From Octopus sinensis (taxonomy: Eukaryota): 64,000 nt of DNA. Made by a program: the position numbers and the translations under genes. The notes beneath the pieces were generated by a model that was not told where the DNA came from, made no database searches, and saw only the letters and a list, made by a program, of their open reading frames with translations. Positions 26,152 to 40,278 of the stretch are shown here, in pieces; the stretch's first letter is position 1; the number at the start of each line of letters is the position of its first letter. The stretch spans positions 38,502,001 through 38,566,000 of the forward strand of contig NC_043007.1 in NCBI RefSeq assembly GCF_006345805.1, in the 5' to 3' direction.

Positions 26152-27391
26152 GCTTTTTAAAACTTTCTACATTATTAGAGGCTTCCCTTATTTCTGATTT
26201 CATCTATAATTCTCCCCCACCCCCATATATATATATATATATAATGGTTATAAAGTTATATAGTATATTATCTTCGTAGCTTAGCCCTCTCTGGAACATT
26301 CCTCACTCTAGGGGCAGCTAAATAACCGCAAATCTTCTTTCAGATGCTCTACACCCATCTTGTAAGAAGTAAATCTGTCTCTTCACATATCTATGAGGTT
26401 CATCTCTTAAGTGGTCTACCACCTGGCTTGGGGTTTGAGGAGCCGTGTATATGTACACCTATCCACATATAAGCACACAGAAAAAAAAAACAATGTGGTG
26501 GCGTGTTGGTAGAGTCGTTGGAGCGTCGGATAAAATGCCTGGCGGTATTTGCTCTGGTGCTCAGCGCTTTGAGCTGAAACCAAAGATCTAAAGTAATCAT
26601 GGATAACCTTTTACAAGAAACGGGTCGCATGAGATATCGCTCCATCATTAGGGAATTTTCAAGGTAATTTTTCGATGATGGTGTGCCGTTCAGAAAATCC
26701 CGTGGACCACAGTTCATTCATGAGTAGTTTAAAGATTAATTTGTCTGGATCTTTTATATATATAATTAGTATAATTCGGGTGAAAAACCTCGTAACGTGC
26801 ATTTAAGAGTTATCCTACAGTGCGGGTATATTCCTGGAACACCTCTTTACGTAAGATTAATACAAAGATAATATTATAACACGAGGATGGAGGATAACAG
26901 ACTTGATAGTATACCACGTTTGCGATGCAGAGCTTTTACACACACACAAACAAATTTCGTGTTTTTTTTTTTATTCAACCTGCCTGGTCAAGTTAACAAA
27001 ATTTATAAATCTTTTACTCTCAGTATAAAGTCAGTAAAACTAGCTTTAAAAGAATAATCACCACGATTCGACATAGCTACACACACACACAGAGCATACA
27101 AACACGTATACACACGCGGGTGCGTGTCTAAATATAATAGGGTGTTACTACTTATGGGGAACACAACAGGATAGAGCGGTAATATAATACAGCACAATGG
27201 ATACTCAAATAAAATAGTTACATAAACAGACGTGTGCACGTTGGTGTGTTTGTGTAGGTACGTGTGTGTAACATGTACGCATATCTCCTTACCTTTATAT
27301 ACACACGTACATATGTGTATAATTATATCTTATATGTAGATTGGCATGTATTTTATTTATCTCTCTCTCTCTATATATATATATCTATATC

Positions 27392-27423
<32 letters not shown>

Positions 27424-28199
27424 AATATTTTACTGTTGAGCTGTATATTACTTTATATTGTCTCCCATTATAAGCAGCCCCTCATATATAGAGAGAGATA
27501 GAGAGGGAGAGAGAGAGAGAGAAAGGGATGAAGGAGGGAGAGAAAGAGGAAGAAAGAAAAGGAGGGAGGGAAGAGGGTAACAGACGTGTTAATGAGTAAA
27601 TCTGTGGTCACAGGACCTGCTAGAAATAGCAACCCAATACCCCTCATATCACATCTCTCCACCTTAATATAAAAGGACGAGATTGTTCGTAAGGCAATAT
27701 ATACGAATAAAGTATGAAACAGCTATGACTTGACTGCCTTCATTCATAGGTTTTCATTTCATAATCAATGTTAAACGATGATTCAACATCGCCTTAAAAT
27801 TTTTCATACACAGTACATCTATGATTACATAATACAAGATCTACTTCCAACTTTTAAAACACTGTGTCTACTGTGAGGGAGATATGGCTGTTTTTCAAGT
27901 AGATCGTGCAACGCTGTAGAAGTTGCTTTAGCGATGTGAATTCATCAGTAGTTAAAAGTCGTGAGATAATCTGAAGTAATCAGGCTGTGCGTGTGTGTGT
28001 TTAAATACTTTCCGAAATAACCATTTTAATGGCTTCAAGGAAGCTATGAGATAATGTACAATCACTCAGCTCTGAGCACACTACTTCTAAAGCAGAAACA
28101 ACTGTAAGCTAATAAAGTTGATTATGTAATATATATAGATATATAGTTGTTTTCCCATTTCTATCAATATATATTATATATATATAGTTAATCCAAACA

Positions 28200-28310
28200 T
28201 GAAAACACAACAACGCGAGGATGTGGAACAAATATAGTATTATTGGACGCTCAGGAAGGAAGGGAAGAAGGAGGGTTTTACGTTTCGAGCGGAGCTCTTC
28301 GTCAAGGAAT
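28200..28310 (-). mobile_element. Penelope-like terminal repeat with a degenerate hammerhead (same family as 63870-63990)
   Basis: Minus strand TTGACGA-A-GAGC-TCC-GCTC-GAAAC-GT-A-AAAC followed by cctccttc...ctgagcgtccaataatactatatttgttcc, which is shared with the 63.9-kb copy. Confidence 0.65.
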
Positions 28311-29949
28311 GGATTTATATATGAAAAGTTATGTACTACATATGTTTCAAAAAGGTGCACCTAACAGGTTTTACATAATTATTCGGTGTTTTCTTATCAG
28401 GTGCTAGCAGCCTATCACTTAGAAATCCTTTGCTGTAACTATACATTAATAAACTTTATTGATTAATTATCATCTCCTGTGTTATCTACAGAAGCCTCGT
28501 CTATGCTTGAGGCTAACCAATTGGACCTCACTAATATTACCATCATCATTAAAGGTTCGGTTTCCATACTGGCATAGACTGAACAGTTTGACAGGAACTG
28601 GCAAGTCAGAGAACTGTGTCATGCTTTATTGCCAGCTTTGGCTCTGTATCTATGGTTGGATGCCCTTCTTAAAACCATTTTACAGAGTGTACCAGGTGCT
28701 TTTTATTTGGCACCAATATATTCTATTCCTTGGTTTATAATCACTTAATAGCACTTTGTTAGAAACCGTCTCTCTTTCTCTTTTCTTTGAATGAAAAGTC
28801 TATCAAGAGAGTGAAAAATAAAGTAAAAGTACATACAGTCATTCAAATGCAAGCAACAAATACCATCTACATATAGTTATATATAGATGTGTGTGTACAT
28901 ACATTGCATCTTGAGATGATCATTTTGCAAAAAAAATAAATAAATAACAGGAAATACATGCACATGTATTTCACTTCTTTTAATTATTATCAATCGACTA
29001 GTTGACAAATTAGATAATCATTTGCTGTTCCACGATTTCAGAGCCCTTTCATTGCAGCCTGCGATCTTGTCAATGACATACCGTCATCTGCTCTTATGTC
29101 ACAAACTAATTTCACTTTATTTTTCTTTTGCATTTATATTTGATATTTCTGCTGTGTGCGTGTGTCTGTATGTGTTGTTTATTCATCTATGTCAGTGCTT
29201 GGCAGTTTGTTGTTCAATGATGTTGAACCTTTGATACTGTCAATTGTTTCTATAGAAATATTTATCTTATGGTACATAAATTCCTTCATGCATATATATA
29301 CACACACTCAAGCAAACACACACAGAGAGAAACATACACATTCATACATATACATGGTGGAATTTTGTGGTAAAAGACTGGATGATGTGTGTGTGAATGA
29401 ATTTAGATAAGCATGTGAAATATTTCAATACAGTTGCAGACTGTGACCAATTGACTCTGGCAAAACAACCAGTTAATCCATCAAATGATCGATGAAGCAG
29501 CTGATTAATAACATTACTAGTTTCACTGAAAACAATGAAATAAAAGGAAAAACAACCTGTGCATGTGTTTATAATGGCAAAATGACCCTCCCAGTGTACA
29601 GCATCATCTTCAATACTCAGTTTCACAGCAAAAATCTTGTACATGTGTGTGTATATGCAAATGGCTGAGTAACCCAACACATTATACCCTTTTGTAATCT
29701 TCGGGTAGAACCAGAGGTAGAATGCTTAAACAAAGCTGTTACTTTAAATTATAGATAGAATCAATATGATCAGTTTTGATACTATTTCTGTCAAACAAAC
29801 GTCATATACATTCTGTCAAACCAAGATGATGTAGTAAGAGGGCACATAGCTAAAACCTAAGACAGCGAGACAACAAAATGAACTTCATAACACTTACATT
29901 AATACACACACACATGTATCTATCATCGATGTGTGTATAATACTTATAT

Positions 29950-30290
29950 ACATACATAAACATGAGTGTGTGGCTGTGGGGTAAGAAACTTGCTCCCCAT
30001 TCACAAGGTTTCGAGTTCAGTCTTTGTAGATGGAAACTGAATGAAACCCATCATATATGTGAGTATGTATGTGTTTTTGTGTCCATGTTTGTCCCCAACC
30101 ACTGCTTGACAAGTGCTGGTGTGTTTACGTCCTTGTAACTTACCAGTTTGGCAAAAGAGATTTATAGAATAAGTACCAGGCCTCAAAAAAAATAAGTACT
30201 AGGGGTCAATCCATTTGACTAAAAGAATTTCTCCAAGACAGTACCCCAACATGGTTGCAGTCTAATGACTGAAACAAGTAAAAGATAAAA
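29950..30290 (+). mobile_element. SINE family B (tRNA-like head, tail ending ctgaaacaagtaaaagataaaag)
   Basis: Collinear with 41695-42050; a minus-strand copy lies at about 33170-33580. Confidence 0.7.
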
Positions 30291-31829
30291 GACATTATAC
30301 ACAAACCTAATATAAACACATATATACATAGGTATATACACACATTACACACATATATACATACACACACACAAAATATACAGTTATCACTCACAAGCTA
30401 AATATGATTGGGTAGTACATATGCTTTCTGTAATAGATTTAGGTAACTATATAGTCTTGAGCAAACATAGACATTCTCTCAGCCCTCCCACTCCTTGACA
30501 AAGCCGGACATGAATGATGTGACAAGGCTGCACCAATAACAGGCTGGCACTCACTTTCAACCGATTAGAGGGGAGGATGTGAAATGAAGCAACTTGCTCA
30601 AGGACTTCATGCAACATCCAGTCCAGGATTCAAAATTATGGCTCATTATTATTAGCTGAACATACTAACCACTAGAATGCATACATACCACTACACACAC
30701 ATATATGGATATATGCCTGGAGTTACCAACATGAGTTTGTCCAACCCATGCCCGCATGGCAAATGGACGTTAAATGATGATGATACATACACTATATATA
30801 CGCACATTCCTAAGTATAAACAGCTTTTGTGGTACAAACCAATAAGAACCTACCATGCAAAATAGACTCTATATATATCTACTTAGTTGTAAAGCCAAAT
30901 ATAAAAATATACACATGTCTACATACAGACACATATACACAAACTACAGCTAATGAGAGAGTCTTGACTGGCTCCCAAATCTCCATAGGAATACAAACTG
31001 TTTGGAAATAAAAAGTAAAAAGTGGAGCTTTATAGACAAAGTTCAATGCCTTTCTTCAGAAACCTAACCCATCAGGCCAAGCCCGAGGTACAAACACCAG
31101 TGTTTTGGCTATTACATACTATGTTCGTGTGTGTATGTGTCTGAGAAGTTAACTGTAGTAGCTTTGTTCAGTCTTCATGAATAAAAGCAATTCACCAAGT
31201 AAATTAGTCATTATAAAAAATTAATTAAGTCAATTGCATTCTTCTTTCAAAGCAGTTCCACATGCAACACTCAATACCAATTTTGAACATACAGACACAC
31301 ATGTTTGTGTGTTGGCACACGCACACACATACATACACATATGTAGACATATATAAGCATATATAAACATATATGTACACATGTATAGACATCTATATAT
31401 ATAATGCACAACAACATAAATCAGAAGAACTGAAATAAACTTTAATATTACAAAGCCTTACTGTGAGTGAACTAAGAACGTAAGCACATTCTTTCTATGC
31501 CTCTGGTGTGCAGAAAAAATAGAAAGAGATTGTCTGTTGATGTACTAGTTTGCAGTTTGCTGACAGCTTTCAGAAAACATTCCAGCTTCTTCCCTCAATC
31601 AAAGCACACATCAACTACTGTATAAAATAATTGTAAATTAGGCTAGTACATTAGTGAATAGCCTAATTTGCATATTTGTACTTTTGATGGCTCATCTATA
31701 TATATATATATATACACACACCTACTCTTTCTCTCTCTCTCTACATATATATATATGCATGCTAAGCTAAAGAGTGCGATGGTGACAAAGTTATATGAAA
31801 GCTTAATAATACTTGTGCCTCATACATGG

Positions 31830-32760
31830 ATGAAATGAAAACTGTATAATTAACATGAATAAAAGAAAAACAATTAGCTAGTAATTCAGTGAATGGATCA
31901 TTTATTTGTGCAAAAGCTAAGTCTATTTATGAACAACTTGAAGGAGATGCTCCTATTACCAATGTTGGGAAACTAGTGGAGTTTAAAGCCAGCAAAGGTT
32001 GGTTCAAATCATTCAAAAAACATTTCAGTGTTCACAATGCTGAGAAGTACAGGCATGTTGAAGCTGCCAGATCAGACTCAGTTACTGCAGAAACAGATTG
32101 TACTGAATTTTGTAAACTTGTGAAGGAGAGTAATTTGTGTTCTCAACAGATTTATAACTATGCCAAAGACAACATACATCACATAGGAGACCAGGTTATC
32201 TCAACATAAACTGGTGAAGGATAAGGTTAACATTACTTTTCTGCATAAATGCTTCAAGGGACTCCAAGTTTGAATGTTAGGCTACTCCTAGTGTAAAATT
32301 CAGAAAACCCCAGAGCCTTGAAGAATATTAACAAGAATGGAACTGATGTTCAGCGTGCTACCAACTCAAAGGGTCTAAACAAGAAATCTGTTTTCTGTGT
32401 GATTCATTGATGTGTTTCTCCCACTGTATGTGACATCAAAGAAACAAATCATTCATTAAGGCTTTTACTATGACTACTGTTCCAATATACTCTCCCAACC
32501 TCTTGGACCAAATCATACAGGAGTGTAATTTTATCAAAGTCCATTTTCTGTCTATTGATACCATTCGTCTGCTATAGACCCTGGATCAGCAAAGGATTGC
32601 ATGCTTTAAAATCTTATACACAAAGCATCTACTCAAGACCTGTTTTGAAGTGACTTTATCCATTGATATTACACTAAAAGAGTTTTGGGAAAACCACTTC
32701 ACCATTGCAAATGCTCTGTGTTTAAAAAAAAAGTCATGGAGCAAGCTTGCAACAAGGATT
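31830..32760 (+). mobile_element. Degraded Tigger/pogo (Tc1-mariner) transposase
   Basis: CENP-B-type HTH ICAKAKSIY...FKASKGWFKSFKK and QQIYN, then DDE-region remnants resembling VTLLFCINASGD, NSENPRALKNI and ..PLDQ..I..FK. Confidence 0.8.
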
Positions 32761-34362
32761 GAGCTCTAAGGAAGACAATCAAAATGGGAAAGAACCATCT
32801 CGAGAGGCAAGCTGAAGAAGGAATTTTTCTTTGGTGTCAGCTTGCAGACACTGTGAGAACATATTACTCCCTCTCAAAGGAAGTTTAGTCAGGTGTGAAC
32901 TATGTTGCAGTACTGTTGGATTGACCAGAAGAATAGACTATAGCAATCCACCCTGAATACTTTCTTTAAAACAAAAACCCCCCAAAACCTTCTACTTCTG
33001 TTGTTTCATTTTCAATAAGAGAAACCCCAGATGATTCTCATGCAGAACAAAATTGTTTTGCTAAAAACACTTAAAGATTACTAATCTTTCTTCCTTTCCT
33101 CTTGTCCCTCACTTTGGATAAACAGCCAGCCACTCGCAAATTGTGTGATTTTTCAATTATTATCTTTTATCTTTTACTTTTTTCAGTCATTAAACAACAA
33201 CCATGCTGGGGCACCAACTCGAAGAATTTTTAGTTGAATAAATCAGTCCCAGTACTTCTTTCTCCCTTTTTTCATAAGCCCAGTGCTTATTCTATTGGTC
33301 TCTTTTACTGAACTGCTAAGTTACAGGGATGTAAACACACCAATACTGGTTGTCAAGCAGTGGTGGGGGACAAACGCAGACACACAAGATATAATATGTG
33401 TGTGTGAGTGTGTGTGTATGTATACAACGGGGTTTCTTTCAGTTTCCAATCCTCTCTCATGGTTTTAGTCAATCCAAGACTATTGTTGAAAACACTTGCT
33501 CAAAGTGCCATGCAATGGAACTGAATCCAGGACCATGTGGTTGGGAAGCAAGCTTCTTACCACACTGCTACACCTGTGCATATAATATATAATTTCTTCT
33601 TTATATTTTTAACTTGCATGTTTTCATATCCCTTTATACTATACCCCACCTATGTTGGTACCATGAAAAAAAAATAGCACCTAGCATACTCTGTGAAATG
33701 ATTGTTATTAGAAAAAGCAAACAGCTGTAGAAACCAAGTCAAAGTGGACACAGGAGCCTGGTACAGCCTTCTGACTCATCAGGTCACATCAAACTGTTCA
33801 TCCCATAACAGCAATTAAAAAGGGACATTAGATGGTGATTTGGATGCAAGAAAGTCATGTTGAATTAATCCCCTTCATTGACATATCATACGGATTGATA
33901 TATATAATATTACATCAGTTTAATTATATGCACTGATTTTTAATGATAATTTGTGTTTTAGTAATTATCAAAAGAATAGTTTGAAGGGAAACTTTCACTA
34001 TTCCTTAACAGTTTGGAACAAACCATCCCTAATTATACATACTTAAATTAATCTGCTAACAAAATTTTGAGGTAACAAATGAGGTTCTGAAATGAATTAT
34101 GTCCATTACCAAAGGCACACTATATATATATATACACACACACACATATACAGAGAAAGACATATTTATTCATGTAAGCATGAAAATATATATATACATA
34201 TATGTATGAGTATATGCACATTCACACACACGTGTGCAGACATGTAAATATATATAGATACATACATGCATACACACACACAAATACATTGCTTTGCCTT
34301 GGGCTCTCAAATACTGATAGAGTTTTGACACACAATCATAAAACACAGCACATATTGAGCAT

Positions 34363-34550
34363 TTAACCCTTCAGTATTCAAATTATTTTGTTAAACATAA
34401 TGCTTATTTATTAAATTGTTTTGTCTCATGCATCATCTCAGAGCTGTGACATTGCAAGATAGATGTAAGAGACCAGATCTGGCTGCCTTGAACAGAGAAC
34501 AGGTAGAATATTTTGGTCAGATATAGCTGGTTTAAATGCTAAAAGGTTAA
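34363..34550. mobile_element. TTAA-flanked MITE (piggyBac-like ends)
   Basis: TTAACCCTTCAGTATTCAAA ... TTTAAATGCTAAAAGGTTAA. Confidence 0.65.
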
Positions 34551-34770
34551 CTATCTTGTTACCATATTTCTGTTGAGATGCTATTATTTCCAATTAATTT
34601 TAAATACAACAAAGAATTTAGTAAAATAACTTAGTTATCATTGAGCGAGTGTTAGGAACATAAATTGTGACTAAGGTTTGGTGGAAGCTTTTAATTCAGA
34701 ACTTTTGAAAACAAGACATTTGTACTACAGAGCCAGAGACGGTTTCAGCCGGGTTGGTATCAAGAGTTAA
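34547..34770. mobile_element. Second TTAA-flanked MITE family
   Basis: TTAACTATCTTGTTACC ... GGTATCAAGAGTTAA. The same family occurs in opposite orientation at 39160-39381 and 40279-40664. Confidence 0.65.
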
Positions 34771-35306
34771 ACCTGGTGGAGGCTATTGCTCCCTAGGTCT
34801 AGTAATAGTTGATTTGTTAGAGGGGGGGGAGGAGGGAGTAAGAACTAACACCAGTAATTGATTAGTAGTTCATTTATTGACCTTGAAATAATGAAAGGCA
34901 ACTGAGCTTGGTAGAATTTCAAATAGTATAAAACCTTTAATCAGAGACCTTGATAACTGCCAATTCAAAACCTTGTGTGTGTATGTATATATGTGATGGC
35001 TTCTCACTATCATTTTTTGTTTGAAAAACATCTCCCTTTAGATGACATACTATTCAGTGACATGAGGGACTCTGAAGTACAGGTGTTTTGATGTGATTCT
35101 GTCTCTTCAGAAAGAAGAAATGTTAGAGAGATAAGTAGTAAGAGACAATAGGAATCTATGATAAATGGGTGATTAAGGTATTAGAGTCATGAATGGTGTG
35201 TGTGCGCCTATGTTAGTGTTTGTCCTGCCCCACTTTACAAGTGTTGGTTTGTTTACATCCTCATAAAAGTTCAGTAAAACAGATTGATTTATTTGAATAA
35301 AACCCC

Positions 35307-36878
35307 TCAAAGTAGTGACCTAGCTATGAGGGCCAGGTCATCGGCATAGAGGAAAACCCAGGGGCAACCCGTCTTGAATTCCTCTGTTATTGCCTGGAGG
35401 ACTATGATGAATAAAAGGGAACTGAGGGATGAACCTTGGTGGACCCCTACTTTTACCCGGAATTCTTCACTATACTTGTTGCCAATCCTAACCTCCAGTC
35501 TCTGTATAGGGCCTGTACAGCCCTTATTAATCATTCGTCAATCTCCAGTTTCCGCATTGCCCACCAGATAAGGGATCGGGGGACCACGTCAAAGGCTTTC
35601 TCCAAGTTCACGAAAGCTAAGTAGAGGGGTTTATCTTTAGCTAGGTATTTCTCCTGCAGTTGTTGAACCAGTAATATAGCATCAGTGGTACTTCTATCCA
35701 GAACAAAACCAAACTGCAGACTCTCTCCCTAATGAGATGAGCTATGACCCTCTCTGTGACCTTCATCACCTGATCCAGCAGTTTGATACACCTATAGTTA
35801 TTTCAATCTAGAGCATCACCTTTACCCTTGTAGCAGTTGACTATGGTGCTGATACGCCAGTCATTGGGTATGACTCCATTATTAACTACCTTGTTTACAA
35901 TGCGGGTGACTAGACCATAGCCCACACCACCAGATGTTTTAAGCATCTCAGCAGTGATTCCTGATGGGCTGGGGGCTTTTCCTGGCTTCATACCCTTAAT
36001 TGCTTTATCTACTAGGGAGCTGTCTATTGGGATAGCTGGTCCCTCTACTGGGTCAACATTTGGCAGACTCTCCTCCTCCCATTCATTCTCCACATTCAGC
36101 AGTCTTTTATAATGGCTTCTCCAAGCCTCTTTCTTTTCAGAAACATTAAAAGTGCACCATCATCCATGCAGACGCATTTCTCTCCTGTGACATCACAATT
36201 TTCTCTCACACACTGTCTAGCAATCCGAAATATCTGTTCTTTGGTCCTCGCGTCGCTGGACATTGGCAAACTTCTTTTCCGTTTCGCCCTTGGCTATGTA
36301 TACCCGCCGCCCAGCCTCCCTTTTGGCTACCTGGTACAGTTCCCTGTTACCCCTATCCCTCCAGGCTTTCCAGTCCTGTTTCTTTGCTCTGATGGCTTTG
36401 TCTACCGTACTATTCCACCACCATGTAACTCTAGGTCTGGAAGGGACTTTGCACCATCTGCAGACTTGGTCTGTGGCACTCAGCAAGCTGTCCCGTAGGA
36501 ATTTCCAGCTACCTTCTATGTCCGATGTCTGTAGCTCCTCCTCCCTCTCATCAGATTTCTTGATGAGGATGTCCCTAAATCTCTGACCATGTGAAGGGTT
36601 CTTTAGCGTCCAAATCCTTCTTTTCTAGATTGGTCTGCTTCTTGGTATCCTTCTGGCCTCAGACCTAAAGTCACTAATGACTAGCCTATGCTGGGGGTAC
36701 ATTCTTCACCGGAGAGGGTCTTAGTATTTAAGAGTAACCCTGCATCCCACTGTCTGGTGAGGATGAAATCAATCTGGCTAGCAGAGTCCCCTGATTGATA
36801 GGTTATAAGGTGGCTGTCTGGCTTCCTGAAGTTAGTCTTGCAGATTAAAAGGTTACATGCATCACAGAATTCCAGTAG

Positions 36879-36880
<2 letters not shown>
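35307..36880 (-). mobile_element. RTE-clade LINE fragment (end of endonuclease to RT YADD), degraded and truncated
   Basis: SQIDFILTR; VTWWWNSTVDKAIRAKK; IPNDWRISTIVNCYKGKGDALD; QFGFV; LEKAFD; GVHQGSSLSSLLFII; FLYADDLALIA. Confidence 0.92.
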
Positions 36881-36926
<46 letters not shown>

Positions 36927-37469
36927 TATGATAAGTATACAGGGATAAATTATCTGGGCATAGCCTAGGTTCTAGCTAACCACATCAAGTAAGAAGCATC
37001 AAGGGTGAGCAATCTCACTGTAATTCTTTTAATGGGTAAATCTGGGTTCGCTCCATAGAATTATGAATATTTTCAGGAGTGTATATCCAAAACAATTTCA
37101 AAGAATATGGAGACTGGTACATCTTAAAAAGGAATACTTCTACCATTTTTCTTTTCAGCATAAATAATACTAAGATTACATTACTATTAAATATCTACAT
37201 ATCGGCTTGCTTTGCATCACTTTCATTTTGCATGTAACAATATTTGATTATATAACTGCATATTATATATAAACAAACAATACACTTCTTTCATTTGGTC
37301 TTCATGAAAAGGGTGACAATATTGTGAATGAGATAGGCTTAATTTTTTTACTTCAGATAGAAGTGAATAAAACGTTCTTTCAAATGATATTATGTTTAGT
37401 AACATAAACTAACTGTATTAAAATGCATTAAAGTGTGTATGTGTGTCTAATATACAGATATATGTGAAG

Positions 37470-37770
37470 GTATGTAGCTTAGTGGTAGGGTAATCAGCTC
37501 ATGATCGTAAGGTCATGTGTTTGATTCCTGGTGGCACGTTGTGTCCTTGAGCAAGACACTTTATTTCATATTGCTCCAGTTCACTCAGCTGGCAAAAATG
37601 AGTTGTACCTGTAATTCAAAGGGTCAGCTTTGTCACATTCTGTGTGACACTGAATTTCCTTGAGAACTATGTTAAGGGTATGTGTATCTGTGGAGTTAAT
37701 TTCATGAGCAGACTGATCTGTTGATCAGATCAACTAGAACCCTCGTTGATATATCTGACAGTATGCCAGT
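37470..37770 (+). mobile_element. tRNA-derived SINE (family C)
   Basis: A-box-like TAGCTTAGTGG and B-box-like GTTTGATTCC, followed by tgtccttgagcaagacactttatt...ctccagttcactcagc. No tRNA acceptor stem. Confidence 0.7.
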
Positions 37771-38808
37771 TTTATATATATATATATATATATAAATTTA
37801 TTGGCAGTATTTAGACAGTAATTTTTCATTGCTTTATAAATGCATGTTCTTTTAACATAATTGCATTTTATTTTATAACTCTATTTTACATTTTCCACCA
37901 TTGACATTTTAGCTTCCTTCATGTTACATGTTCTGCTAGCAATCTTCCCACATGCATTCCATATGTATACTTATGCATAAACACTATAGGAATATATAAT
38001 ATAATATCAAATCAATGTAATCAATGCTATCTAAAAGATGGCATGTTTACACTGGTGTATATATCAAGCAAGGCTCTGTGATGAAAAAGCTTACTTCCCA
38101 ACCATGGTTCAGTCCCACTGAATACCTTGGGTAAGTGTCTTCAACCAAAGCTTTGTGAGTGGATTTGGTAGAAGGAAGTCTGAGAGAAGCCTGACATACA
38201 TGTATATATGTGTGTGTGCACATGTGCATACTATTGTCTTGACATGTGATGGTTGTAAATAAGTATCACCATCATAAACGTAATGTTGTTCATTCCCAGT
38301 TTTTTCGTGAAAAAATGTCTGGCCACAGTGAAATATTACCTTGCTTGGAAACAGGTGAGGGCTGGCAATAAAAAGGATATCTGGCTGAAGAAAATTCCGC
38401 CTCAATAAATTCCATCTGACTCAAGGAAATAGGGAAAAGCAGACATTAAATGACAATTATCATCATTTTACATTTCCTTTCCCTGCTGGTATGGGCTGGA
38501 CAGGTTATCATGATCCTGTTCAGTTCTTATTTGATATTACTACCTCTTGGACGAGTTAAAGGACTGTCTCACTCACACGTTTCAGTTTCCTTTTGTATAG
38601 CTTAAAATACAAGATGCCCTCCTATCACCACCGAGAGAGTACCAAGTGCATTTTATAAAAGCACTTTGTCACATCCTTGACACAATGTAGTGGTCTCTGT
38701 AATCTCTTTTCAGTTTTGCTCCTTCATAAAACACTTTACTGAATGTACTGGGTATGGATTTTGTTTGTACCTTCTACACCCATTTTTACATGCTGGCATA
38801 GGTTAGAC

Positions 38809-39129
38809 CAGGGATTCTCAACCATTTTTTACCTATGGGCTCCTTTGATTATTTTATTCTGGTGGATCCCCAAAGCCATTTGAAATTTAAAAACTAGTTT
38901 TCTAGAAACTCCTTTCAAAATCCCTATTTTATTTTTCACAAATGTTAAAGAAAGAAACTTAGCTGTTTCTTGCAATGCATATCAATACACACATCAAAAG
39001 CAAAATTTTTTCAGGGGCCCTTAAAATACTATTGTGGATCCCCAATTTACTTCTTTGTTACATGAACCCCACCAAAAAAATCTTATATGGACCCTCAGGG
39101 ACCATGTGGACCCCAGTTCAGAACCACTG
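38809..39129 (-). mobile_element. hAT/Buster MITE, 321 bp, perfect TSD
   Basis: Ends CAGGGATTCTCAACC and GTTCAGAACCACTG; 8-bp TSD GGTTAGAC at 38801-38808 and 39130-39137. Confidence 0.9.
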
Positions 39130-39159
39130 GGTTAGACAAAGACTTATTGAGGCAGTATT

Positions 39160-39381
39160 TTAACCATTTTCATACCAACCTGCCCAAGACACCTCTACTT
39201 CTACAATACAAACTTCATGTCTAAAGTGATCTGAACATGCTTTCAAAATTTCATGTTGGTTTATGTTCCAAACATCAGGTTAATAATGACAAAGTTACTT
39301 AACTAAATTCTTCATCATTTTCAAAATTAATTGAATCAAAGGTGAGGTATTTCAACAGAAATATGGTAACAAAAGAGTTAG
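39160..39381. mobile_element. TTAA MITE of the 34547-34770 family
   Basis: TTAACCATTTTTCATACC ... GGTAACAAAAGAGTTAG; interior similar to 40279-40664. Confidence 0.6.
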
Positions 39382-40278
39382 GGGTGAATGCCATAAATAC
39401 TATTGCTTACACACAGGTTTTTCAAACATGCATGAGGCAAAAGGACATATTGTTTACAGGGAATGTAAACAACGTTCACTGCTTTGCTCCTGTATGAGGC
39501 AAAGATGTCGAATGTAAATGTCTATGTACACACACAAACATATGTATGACGAATATCTGTACAGTTTCCATTTATCAAATTCACATAAACTTGTGAATAC
39601 AGAGCACTGATCAGTCTGAGGCTATGGTTGAAGACCGTTGCACAAAGTTCAACACAGTGGGACTGAACCAAAACCAGGTAATTACAAAATGAACTCTGTA
39701 TCTACACAGCCATAACAGTGCCTTGCAGGGCATTAAATACAATACCTTTCAGCACTAAGTAATCGCTATCACAAACACCAAGCCCAGGTAGGACACCTCA
39801 CCATGCTACATAGCAACGCACCCTGCTTGAAGCAAGAGACCAATGTCAAACATTAAACAATGATGTCACAACAGCAAAGAAATCAGACAGATTTGTTGGA
39901 CAGTCACTGAACAATCTAAGCTACTACTACCAAGTGATTGATGAAATTGATCTTCTGCAGATAAAACAGAATTTGATTTCTAGTGTGATTTATTGTTGCA
40001 CATACCAAACCAGGGTATGTAATGATAATGGATATATTAAAGGAAATGCCAAGCATCCAAAGTAGAGGACAGTGCTTGTGGAAAAGAAAGATCTAGAGAC
40101 ATCATTGGCAATCTGCATCCTGCAGGACTTTCTGAATAGCATGCTAAACAAAAAGTTACCTTGAATTTTTTTAGTACTATGACTCATCTGATGTTGAGTC
40201 ATGTCTTATGCAGTCTTCTTAAAAAAGGTTACCCATACCTGATGCAGAAAGACATGGGACAATGTAATGAAAACTGAT

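Noticed and set aside
31025-31065. Another hammerhead (minus: CTGAAGA-A-AGGCA...TGTCT-ATAAAGCTC)
   Set aside because: The GAAA core is disrupted and helix I does not pair; at best a dead relic.
37470-37545. tRNA gene
   Set aside because: A- and B-box-like motifs are present, but there is no acceptor-stem pairing and it runs into a SINE body. No true tRNA was seen in the window.
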